A stretch of 64,000 bases of DNA from Calditrichia bacterium (GTDB taxonomy: Bacteria > Calditrichota > Calditrichia > RBG-13-44-9 > J075), in the NCBI GenBank assembly GCA_050633245.1, contig JBOEGD010000018.1, forward strand, positions 160,001-224,000, in the 5' to 3' direction. How positions within the stretch are numbered: position 1 is the first letter of the stretch; each line of letters opens with the position of its first letter. Made by a program: the position numbers and the translations under genes. This document shows positions 50,501-56,862 of this stretch, piece by piece. The notes below the pieces were generated by a model. That model was not told where the DNA came from. It did not search any database and was given only the letters and a program-made list of their open reading frames with translations.

Positions 50501-50945
50501 GTCAATTATAGAAAAGTGGCAGCAAAATACCGATGATGCTTTAGAAAAATTAGAGCGAATTGTTCGGCTGGATGTGCGTTTTGCGCCAGCCTATAACGAT
50601 ATCGGGGTTATCTTCAAGGAGCGCGATCAACTATCTGAAGCGCTTGAGATGTTTAAAAAGTCTCTGGAGATTGAGCCGAATTTTACCGAAGCCAAATTGA
50701 ATGTCAGTGAGACGCTTATTTTGCGAGATGAGTACGAAAACGGTATCCAGGTGCTGTATGCAATTTTAGCGGAGCAGCCGGATAATAGTTCTGCCTTGCT
50801 GTATCTTGCACAAATCTATCTTGCAATAGAGCAGTATGGGGAAGCTGAAAAACAAATTCGTCGAGTGCTGGAACTTGAACCTGATAATACCTGGGGCAAA
50901 GAGTTGCAACTCCAGTTGGAAAGCAACGCAGGTATAGCAAAATGA
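44538..50945 (+). CDS. 2135-aa multidomain enzyme: SAM methyltransferase, GT2, TPR, sulfotransferase, GT2, GT4, GT2, TPR
   Basis: LNIGSG..SEHLIEHL; VSILIPAY..CDDS; TPRs; PIFVVGSPRSGTS..VRDGR; VSIVIPVFN..DNGS; GAGMKGKIGEALSWGLPVVTT; VSIVIL..DNKS..FEDDD; TPRs. Confidence 0.9.
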   Translation: MQDELANKMILLNIGSGSHKLPGFINIDLENGADIVWDVRKELPFDDASVDGIYSEHLIEHLTQAEGARFLRECRRILKPGRQMRLAASDLDHIIPQYGQEEWRAESTMIQRQGWNWVDNTCEQLNLLMRSGRHQWIYNEEEMRRLAETAGFKFSCRCEYGKSEESVFQNLEQRAESLLICEFQRPEFQISDTPGLVSILIPAYKADFFAACLSSALEQDYPSLEIIICDDSEGGEVEQLVKQNDDERIRYVKNEVNIGGRKNYLQCFDLARGDYIKFLNDDDILLPGCVSKMVAAIEEYPQATLITSHRQLIDESGQSLPDKRYNKRPVETSALITGVSAVDTLLTSSLNYIGEPTTTLFRRSDIDGTKPNIFSFGGREALRNGDVTMWVSLLSKGDLIYLHETLSYFRLHDKQVQCSQEYLSKAAKAWEQIRFDATRMGFLHPEWSTVLEISELATLQHEAKLNGIPDAEQTGLPKLILLPTEGQVQPDRPEKLQQLLTDGALPTAVREDCELSSEQENELSECIEKLLNGEIDNALEKIMGLLRQKPASKDVLYAMFNILKQLNSVSKALTYLNKLIILHPDFAPAFDEVGLLQQADDRFETAVEWFHHSISLDPDCRETKLHYADCLLHLGRGEEGLRLLESLANNGDDTDAAALLLVDWYARLKRFTSAVNKIQEVLTKNPDNQAAIELLLKLDQQLDEHQSTQASPVQSVNNTTLSLSKSAAGSNATDKNDGPIFVVGSPRSGTSVLSQSLGKHSQTGLGPESNFLRPLVQAFDIAYDLSTKRGIHHWLSNKGVSKEEFFEKLGTGVDLLFKSKLDQQRWIDQTPEYTRCLSELNMLLPTAHFVHIVRDGRKVVHSMMNSGFDSPWSSDFKAACLTWKEFVLNGLEFERTHPERIIRVYNESITQEPAGELATIQRKLALPFEEATTHFYSSGIKINSSFGGDEEEKADWRTKWSAQQRSVFNEIAGSLLIALGYEADASWVSGPQKEEPPFLQSHKSLQEIVADLHTQSETIKPANEPVEEQRKKVSIVIPVFNKLELTHACLKTVLEHTAYPNYEVIVVDNGSTDDTANYLKKVSEPRISSVFSSENNGYVGGCNAGAEVAKGDFLLFLNNDTEVEPGWLTALVDTMDDHSDCGAVGSKLVYPNGALQEAGGIIFSDGNGWNFGRNMLAEDPRFNYLREVDYCSGAALMVRRNLWDELGGFDERYAPAYYEDTDLCFGVRKLGYKVYYQPNSVVVHLEGQTAGVDLQSGFKKYQVINKQKFVEKWKHELANQYSNDPKNVLHAANRGSRQSILIVDPTLPFFDRASGGLRLFQIVEMLLEMNFHVSFLSISPGMRQTYRPILQNMGVEVFAGYWKTPRKCGFEYEDNDPSEFYQKFLAERQYDYAMLNFWEVGEKFIPAIREFSPTTRIFVDSVDIHFVRELREAELNEDPAATQRALAKKELELAVYRQADRLLVVTETDRQAVEEQLEGIPIDIVPNIHRQIDVAKNYADSANLLFVGNFHHPPNKDAVEFFCAEAFPKILREQPDIKLFIVGNGSQNAVGHLESSNVLVLGYVEDLGVLLKKARISVNPLRFGAGMKGKIGEALSWGLPVVTTHVGAEGMKLEDEHHALIADSAEEFADAVLRLYNDENLWKRLSVGGREHVKANWGKGHTFRKLQEVFSVAPEKEMRVVTTASAKKPLVSIVILTCNALEYTMQCVESIRKTTSVDHEIIFVDNKSTDSTVDYLQKLTEENAHYKLICNEENRGFAAGNNQAVAVASGRYVLLLNNDVVVNGGWLEGLVESIEMDELIGTVGPITNRISGKQMVAEVPYEDLTGFPGFAEQVRRANKGKVTPRRRIAGFAMLMKKELYNELGGFDEDFGNGNFEDDDLCLRIREKGYAVMVDESIYIHHFGSRTFIANNMDYQASLQEKEDVFKQKWPAVDYQNLLERDRSLAEEHNIVLEDATGLLAKGDLQPAELLFKNVLAENPLNIDALYGLSIIEKWQQNTDDALEKLERIVRLDVRFAPAYNDIGVIFKERDQLSEALEMFKKSLEIEPNFTEAKLNVSETLILRDEYENGIQVLYAILAEQPDNSSALLYLAQIYLAIEQYGEAEKQIRRVLELEPDNTWGKELQLQLESNAGIAK

Positions 50946-52315
50946 GAGTCGAAACTTCGCAAAGTAGAAATACCTTATCTGTTTGCATGATTGTTAAGAA
51001 CGAGGAGCGATATCTTGGAGATTGCCTCTCGAGCATACAGGCAGTCGCAGATCAACTTATAGTCGTCGATACCGGCTCTGCAGATAACACCATTGCAATT
51101 GCGGCTGATTTTGAAGCGGAGGTCTATCACTTTAAATGGTGTGATGATTTTGCTAAAGCCCGCAATGAGTCTATTCAATATGCAACCTGTGATTGGATTC
51201 TCTGGCTGGATGCGGATGAAAAACTTTCGTCAGAATCGATCTCTGAGCTTCGCTCACTTATGAAGAAGGAAAGTGGTCCGGTTGCGTACAATATTCAGAT
51301 TGACAGCGTAGTAAAAGGTGCCAGTCATTTGTCTACTGCACATCGATTGTTTACCAATAACTATGGGATTTCATTTGAAGGAAGAATCCACGAGCAAATT
51401 TCCTATAGTCTGTTTGCGCTTGGAGGAGAGGAGCGTTTTTCAACCGTACTGTTGCAACATATAGGATATGATAATGCCTATGTAGAGCAGGCTGGAAAGG
51501 CAAAGCGCAATCTCAGCCTTCTGAAAAAAATGATTGCCGACGATCCTGCCAATCGCTATGCCCACTATACTCTTGGACAGCAATATGGTTTACTGAGAGA
51601 TCATAAATCGGCTGTAAAGCATTTTCGTAAGGCAATGCGTGGAAACGTTTTTGAAAAGGCTATGCGTGTGTCATTATTAAATGCTATGGCAGAATCGCTG
51701 ATGGAACTCAAACAATTCGATGAAGCCGGGATTCTGTGTAAAAAATCGCAAGGCCTGGTTGCCGAGCAGGTCGGTGTCTATTTAATTGATTATCGCCTTG
51801 CGCTTCGTCAGGAAAACTATAGTGAAGCATTAGTGAAATTGAAAAGGCTCGCAGAAAAAAATCAGCTGCAATCTCATCAGAGAAAGTCTATCTCTACCGA
51901 TGTGAAAATACCTGAAATTAAGGTACTCCAGGAATTCACGGAATTATATAAACGGCTGGGATTAAAAGAAGAGCTTGAGGCTAACCTTGATAAACTACTA
52001 AGCTGCGACCCGGTAAATGAAAAGGCGTTGGCGATGCGCATTCAGCTGGACGTGGAATGCGGTCGGTTTAATGATGCAGAAAATTGGCTTTTGAAGCTCC
52101 ATAGCATCAACAAGGCACATCCTCTGTATCGCAACCTTATGGGAGCTGTACTTATTAAATTGCAGAAGTTTGAGCAGGCAATCGACTTTTATGAGCGGGA
52201 GCTGGAGGAGCAACCCGGCGACGTGCTGTTGATAAAGAGGCTTGTTGGACTACATGCGAAATTGGGACATGTTGGAGTTGCGAATACACTGGCACTTCAA
52301 CTTACGCCGGAGTAA
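50942..52315 (+). CDS. GT2 + TPR glycosyltransferase (GmaR/SunS-like protein glycosyltransferase)
   Basis: LSVCMIVKNEE, VDTGSADNT, WCDDFAKARN, WLDADE, FEGRIHEQ, H.GY; C-terminal TPRs. Confidence 0.9.
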   Translation: MRVETSQSRNTLSVCMIVKNEERYLGDCLSSIQAVADQLIVVDTGSADNTIAIAADFEAEVYHFKWCDDFAKARNESIQYATCDWILWLDADEKLSSESISELRSLMKKESGPVAYNIQIDSVVKGASHLSTAHRLFTNNYGISFEGRIHEQISYSLFALGGEERFSTVLLQHIGYDNAYVEQAGKAKRNLSLLKKMIADDPANRYAHYTLGQQYGLLRDHKSAVKHFRKAMRGNVFEKAMRVSLLNAMAESLMELKQFDEAGILCKKSQGLVAEQVGVYLIDYRLALRQENYSEALVKLKRLAEKNQLQSHQRKSISTDVKIPEIKVLQEFTELYKRLGLKEELEANLDKLLSCDPVNEKALAMRIQLDVECGRFNDAENWLLKLHSINKAHPLYRNLMGAVLIKLQKFEQAIDFYERELEEQPGDVLLIKRLVGLHAKLGHVGVANTLALQLTPE

Positions 52316-52502
52316 TCTCATTAACGATCTGGTCCAGAATGTCATCGAACATTTTATCTAAATGAGACCGTTTTACTTTCCATTGCCCACCTAATTTTAT
52401 CGCCGGAATTTTACGCTGTTGCACCATGCGATAAACGGTTTGTTCATTTAACTGCAAGTAAGCAGCGACATCCTTTATAGACATAATTTCATTTTCAGGC
52501 AT
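52302..52502 (-). CDS. Xis/BldC-like helix-turn-helix DNA-binding protein (HTH_17)
   Basis: MSIKDVAAYLQLNEQTVYRMV...IPAIKLGGQWK. Confidence 0.88.
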   Translation of the reverse strand: MPENEIMSIKDVAAYLQLNEQTVYRMVQQRKIPAIKLGGQWKVKRSHLDKMFDDILDQIVNEITPA

Positions 52503-52685
52503 ACCGGCCTCGATGCAAATATTGACTCATAGTAGCTAATGGACTTTTATACTATTATCGTCCGAGGAAGCACCAGCATAAGTGGATTTGCCAATATTAT
52601 CTGCAGTTTATTGCCCTATCGTTTCCAGAAGTTAGTAATTTCCAAATGGATTAGTAAATGTAAACAACATGCGCTAAGTTTTACG

Positions 52686-54245
52686 ATGCGAACACCAAAG
52701 TTACTCCACGTCTGTCTTATCCTTTTCTTATGTAAATCCCTGTTTTACTGCAATGAGTTTGTTGATGAACCAATCGTTGAACAATCTACAATGGATCAAA
52801 CGGCAAATGGTTTACCAGAGATCAAGCGTGAATTCCGCGCTGCGTGGGTTGCCACGGTAGACAATATCGACTGGCCGACTGAGCCGGGTTTATCCGCCGG
52901 AATGCAGCGCAAGGAAGCAGTGGCTATTCTTGATACTCTGATTATGCTAAACATGAATGCTGTTATTTTGCAGGTGCGCCCGCAGTGCGATGCAATTTAT
53001 CCCAGTGAGCTGGAACCGTGGAGTTATTATTTAACGGGCGAGCAGGGGCTAGGGCCCGAGGATGGATACGATCCCCTGGCTTTCTGGATTAGCGAGGCGC
53101 ATAAGCGCGGTATTGAGCTGCACGCATGGTTTAATCCATATCGGGCACATCATCCAAAAGGCGGGACAATCGGTCGTTCATCAATTGTCAAACAGCGTGC
53201 AGATTTGGTTCGTGATGTAGGCAAAGGATATCACTGGTTGAACCCGACGTCTGCTGAGGTGCAAGATTATTCCCTGAGCGTTGTTATGGATGTCGTGGAG
53301 CGCTACGATATCGACGGCGTGCATTTTGATGATTATTTCTATCCCTACGGCGATGGCTCCTTCCCCGATGATGATACCTGGCAGGCCTATCGGCAGTCTG
53401 GTGGCAAGCTTTCTCGCAAAGATTGGCGCCGCGATGCTGTGAATAGTTTTGTCGAGCGCGTCTACACAGAAATTAAATTCAAAAAGACTCAGGTAAAATT
53501 TGGTATTAGCCCATTTGGCATTTGGCGTCCGGAAAACCCGCCGTCAATAAAAGGATTCGATCAGTACGATATGCTTTATGCTGATGCACGTTTATGGTTG
53601 CAGGAAGGCTGGGTAGATTACTGGACGCCTCAATTGTACTGGTCTATCAGGCAAGTGCCGCAGAGTTATCCGGTGCTATTGCGCTGGTGGCAGGATCAGA
53701 ATATTAAGAAACGACATCTCTGGCCGGGAATGCATACGCGCCGTTTTACCGGTAGAAAAGATCCGAATGAGGTGTTGAATCAGATTATGATTTCGCGTGG
53801 CTTTGAGAAGAATAACCCGGGCCATATTCATTTCAGTATGAAAGCCTTTTTAGGTAATGAGGCGGGTCTTAACAATAAGCTAAAGCAGCAAATTTATCAC
53901 GAACAGGCATTAGCCCCGGCAACGCCATGGCTGGATAGTTTGCCGCCGGCCCAACCGGCTGGTGAGCTTCAGCGCGCGGGTGATTCGCTTCGTATTCGCT
54001 GGAAAGATCACGATCCGTCCGATGTCTTTAAACGTATCGCATGGCTACGTTATCGCGAGAATTGGCAAAGCATTATCCTGCCGGCTACTGAAAGTGAATT
54101 GACAGTTGCAGCTGCAGATAGCGTAATTATACCGCCATGGCGACGTAAACCGCTTAAAAGGCTTTTGCCGCTGCAGGAAGTGGCGCTCGTTGTTGTAGAC
54201 AGAAACGGAAATGAAAGTTTGCCTGTTTTTATCAAGCCGAAGTAA
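52686..54245 (+). CDS. glycosyl hydrolase-like 10 (YddW/DigH family), secreted
   Basis: REFRAAWVATV.NIDWP, QVRP..DA.YPS..EPWS, HAWFNPYR, YDIDGVHFDDYFYPY; signal peptide from Met at 52686. Confidence 0.9.
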   Translation: MRTPKLLHVCLILFLCKSLFYCNEFVDEPIVEQSTMDQTANGLPEIKREFRAAWVATVDNIDWPTEPGLSAGMQRKEAVAILDTLIMLNMNAVILQVRPQCDAIYPSELEPWSYYLTGEQGLGPEDGYDPLAFWISEAHKRGIELHAWFNPYRAHHPKGGTIGRSSIVKQRADLVRDVGKGYHWLNPTSAEVQDYSLSVVMDVVERYDIDGVHFDDYFYPYGDGSFPDDDTWQAYRQSGGKLSRKDWRRDAVNSFVERVYTEIKFKKTQVKFGISPFGIWRPENPPSIKGFDQYDMLYADARLWLQEGWVDYWTPQLYWSIRQVPQSYPVLLRWWQDQNIKKRHLWPGMHTRRFTGRKDPNEVLNQIMISRGFEKNNPGHIHFSMKAFLGNEAGLNNKLKQQIYHEQALAPATPWLDSLPPAQPAGELQRAGDSLRIRWKDHDPSDVFKRIAWLRYRENWQSIILPATESELTVAAADSVIIPPWRRKPLKRLLPLQEVALVVVDRNGNESLPVFIKPK

Positions 54246-54296
54246 CTTAATACCGCAATTCTGTTTGATGAACGATATGTAAAAGAGAGATATGAG

Positions 54297-54650
54297 ATGA
54301 AGGCTATTTACTGGGCATCGACCTCGCTGGTTGCGTTGATGATATTTGTCAGTGCGATGACTTATTTATTTCACAAAGGAACGATTGATGGCGTGAAAGA
54401 ACTGGGCTTTCCGGATTTCTTCAGAGTGCAATTGGCTGTTTTAAAGATCATTGGCGTTGCAATGCTCGTTCTTCCCCAGATGCCGCTACAGGTTAAAGAA
54501 TGGGCGTATGCCGGAATCGGGCTTTTTTATATAACAGCAATAGTTGCTCATTCTGCGCATGGCGATCCGATAGCGTTATCGCTTATATCAGTCTTCTTTT
54601 TTGCATTGCTGGTAGTTTCCAATGTCTACCTGCATAAAATGTCCTTCTAA
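54297..54650 (+). CDS. DoxX-like membrane protein
   Basis: YW.ST.L, LGFPDFFR..L...K..G, KEWAYAG, AH..HGD. Confidence 0.85.
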   Translation: MKAIYWASTSLVALMIFVSAMTYLFHKGTIDGVKELGFPDFFRVQLAVLKIIGVAMLVLPQMPLQVKEWAYAGIGLFYITAIVAHSAHGDPIALSLISVFFFALLVVSNVYLHKMSF

Positions 54651-54692
54651 AAAAAATCCTCTTATCCCGAATTGCAGTCGGAATAAGAAGAT
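54649..54692 (-). terminator. intrinsic terminator of the minus-strand AhpD-like gene
   Basis: Minus strand reads ATCTTCTTATTCCGA-CTGCAAT-TCGGGATAAGAGGAT followed by a T-run; pairs fully when G-U is allowed. Confidence 0.75.
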
Positions 54693-54724
54693 AGGTAATG
54701 GCAAATCTACTAGAAGGCTGGAAG

Positions 54725-55279
54725 TTACCCTGCTTTGCGAACGCTTTCTGTGCTGACATGCGGGAAGTCGACTTCGGTCTTAAACGTTTCGTTGAAGTAG
54801 TTTGTGAAAACGTTTAATGCAACGTGAGCAACTATTTCAATGGCATCTTCGCGGCTGAAGCCCGCCTTAAGAACGGCAGCCAGATCTCCTTCGATAACGC
54901 GACCACGCGTCTCCACCAGCTTTGCTGCAAACACCAAGGCGGCCTGAGTCTTTATGTCTTCAGACTGTCCACGCATATTTCTTTCGAGCTCTTCAGCGTT
55001 TAAGCCTGTTCTTTCTCCTAAATACGTATGCGCTGATGCGCAGTAGTTACAGCCATTCAATCCAGCGACGGTAAGTGCAATTTGCTCACGCAACCGAGAG
55101 CTAAGTGAACCGGCACTTAGAGCGCCATTTAGTTTGAGATAGCCATCAAGGGCTGCCGGAGCATTTGCCATTGTGGTAAAGATGTTCGGTGTAGCTCCCA
55201 TTGCTTGTTTTACACCAGTTAGTAATTCTTTTGCTTTGCCTTCGGCATTGGTCAATTCTACGGGGTTTAAACGTGACAT
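54725..55279 (-). CDS. AhpD/carboxymuconolactone decarboxylase-family peroxidase
   Basis: REQIALTVAGLNGCNYCASAH (CxxC..H), PNIF, FTNYFN. Confidence 0.9.
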   Translation of the reverse strand: MSRLNPVELTNAEGKAKELLTGVKQAMGATPNIFTTMANAPAALDGYLKLNGALSAGSLSSRLREQIALTVAGLNGCNYCASAHTYLGERTGLNAEELERNMRGQSEDIKTQAALVFAAKLVETRGRVIEGDLAAVLKAGFSREDAIEIVAHVALNVFTNYFNETFKTEVDFPHVSTESVRKAG

Positions 55280-55318
55280 TTGTATTCTCCTAATAGGTTA
55301 GTGTATTTACTTTTTTTG

Positions 55319-55336
55319 GGAAACAGATCTGTTTCC
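55319..55336. promoter_or_regulatory. TetR operator (perfect palindrome)
   Basis: GGAAACAGATCTGTTTCC; degenerate copies at 55351 and 55448. Confidence 0.75.
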
Positions 55337-55349
55337 TTTTTTTTGAACA

Positions 55350-55378
55350 AGTATACAGCTCTGTTTCCTTTAAGTCAA
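55350..55378 (-). promoter_or_regulatory. sigma70 promoter of the AhpD-like gene
   Basis: Minus strand TTGACT-17 bp-TATACT, overlapped by the second operator copy. Confidence 0.75.
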
Positions 55379-55483
55379 GGGAAAAGTGGATTTTTCTCAA
55401 AAAATATTTCTTAAGCTTTGTTTTTAGACGAAAAACTCCTATTTTATGTACACAGAATTGTTTCTTTAATGGGGGAGTTTATC

Positions 55484-56044
55484 ATGCCAAGAGCTAGTCG
55501 ACGTGAACATCTGGTAGATATTGCGATATCGCTTTTCGGTGAGCATGGCTTTCATGCAACCGGAATAGATCTGTTGTTACAGGAAGCCGGTGTTTCCAAA
55601 AAAACGATGTATCGCTATTTCCGCTCGAAGGAAGAGCTTATCTATGCCGCTTTAAAAAAGAAGGACGGTATTTTTCGAAATGAGTTTATGAAGGCTGTGG
55701 AAGCGTCTGGTATAACGCCGAAAGAAAAGCTGATGGCAATTTTTGATGTCGCAGAGAAGTGGTTCCGGGAAGACTCTTTTTTCGGTTGCATGTTCGTAAG
55801 TGCTATTGCAGAATATTCCTCTGATGATTCTCCGATCAGAGAAATTTGTAAACAGTTTAAAAAGCAAATGTGGGATTATATCTATAATCTGGCAGTGCAG
55901 AGTGGAGCAGAGAATCCAAAAGAGCTCGCAGATGAGCTGGCTCTATTACTCGATGGTGCCACCTCGATTGCGCAGGTCTCGCAAAAACCACAGGCTGCCA
56001 AGACTGCCAGTAAAATTGCGCGGGTGTTGATTGAAGAGAGTTAG
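55484..56044 (+). CDS. TetR/AcrR-family regulator (NemR-like GC.F motif)
   Basis: LFGEHGFHATGIDLLLQEAGVSKKTMYRYFRSKEEL; FFGCMF; GGGAG SD before 55484. Confidence 0.92.
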   Translation: MPRASRREHLVDIAISLFGEHGFHATGIDLLLQEAGVSKKTMYRYFRSKEELIYAALKKKDGIFRNEFMKAVEASGITPKEKLMAIFDVAEKWFREDSFFGCMFVSAIAEYSSDDSPIREICKQFKKQMWDYIYNLAVQSGAENPKELADELALLLDGATSIAQVSQKPQAAKTASKIARVLIEES

Positions 56045-56862
56045 TATAATCCGAATAAACTATGATTATTTGTTACAAATCTAGCAGCTCCCGCATATTC
56101 ACTCGAATCGTCGATAAAACTTTGTAATAGATTTTGCTCAAGCTGATCTGCTGCTTCAATATGGTTATCCGTTCTGAGCTCATTGATAACTTTGATTAAC
56201 TCAATTACCCGCTTGACTGCGATAAGTCTATTCACAATTAACCTGCGTCTATTAAGATTACAGACAGCTATTGTTGCTTTCCCACGCGTGTTGTTGTTTA
56301 TTTCATAGATTTCTCCAAGTAAGTTAAAGCCCAAATATTCTTCAGGGCTATCATTGCAAGGATCTAACAGCAGTGGTTCCTCATTATTTAAGTTCGAGTT
56401 CGGCATCATAGCGCGATTCTGCTCGTCGACTATTGGAAATTGATCCAGTTTTCCAGCGGCAGGTCCTTGTGCAAGATCTCCCCAACGGGCTTTATCCGTG
56501 CGACGTTGATTGCAATGTTGGCAAGAAGGATATAAGTTGTCCCATGTGTAAGCAAGCCAATAGTATCCCGGATGATTGTCTCGTTCAGCTACGCGCCCTT
56601 TAGGGCGATAATGTTCAACATCCCAGTCTGCTCCTGGGTTCATCTTCCATTCGCAATAAGCACATTTATCATAGAAGAGCTCCTCAAGGGCAACACGCAC
56701 TTGAGTGTCCTTATAGAGATTAGAAACACTATGAGCAGCCCCTTCTCGGATTGCAGTTTGTGTAGCAGTTGCTGCACTTCTAACCCATTGCTGGTTAGGT
56801 CGAATGGGTGTGCCATTTTCATTAGCGCGGTTTCGGTCGATTCTTATCATGGAATGTTTCAA
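56041..56862 (-). CDS. HNH endonuclease, PtuB-like
   Basis: KCAYCE, DVEHYRPK, YWLAYTWDNLYPSCQHCN, K..QFP, LLDP. Confidence 0.85.
   Translation of the reverse strand: MKHSMIRIDRNRANENGTPIRPNQQWVRSAATATQTAIREGAAHSVSNLYKDTQVRVALEELFYDKCAYCEWKMNPGADWDVEHYRPKGRVAERDNHPGYYWLAYTWDNLYPSCQHCNQRRTDKARWGDLAQGPAAGKLDQFPIVDEQNRAMMPNSNLNNEEPLLLDPCNDSPEEYLGFNLLGEIYEINNNTRGKATIAVCNLNRRRLIVNRLIAVKRVIELIKVINELRTDNHIEAADQLEQNLLQSFIDDSSEYAGAARFVTNNHSLFGLY

Noticed and set aside
39355-52315. O-antigen or capsule locus
   Set aside because: No flippase, polymerase, ABC exporter or initiating phosphoglycosyl transferase; TPR-bearing GTs and the position after flgL favour protein glycosylation, though this alternative is not fully excluded
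52302-52502. Prophage or integrative element marked by the excisionase-like gene
   Set aside because: No integrase, tRNA, att repeats or phage genes nearby
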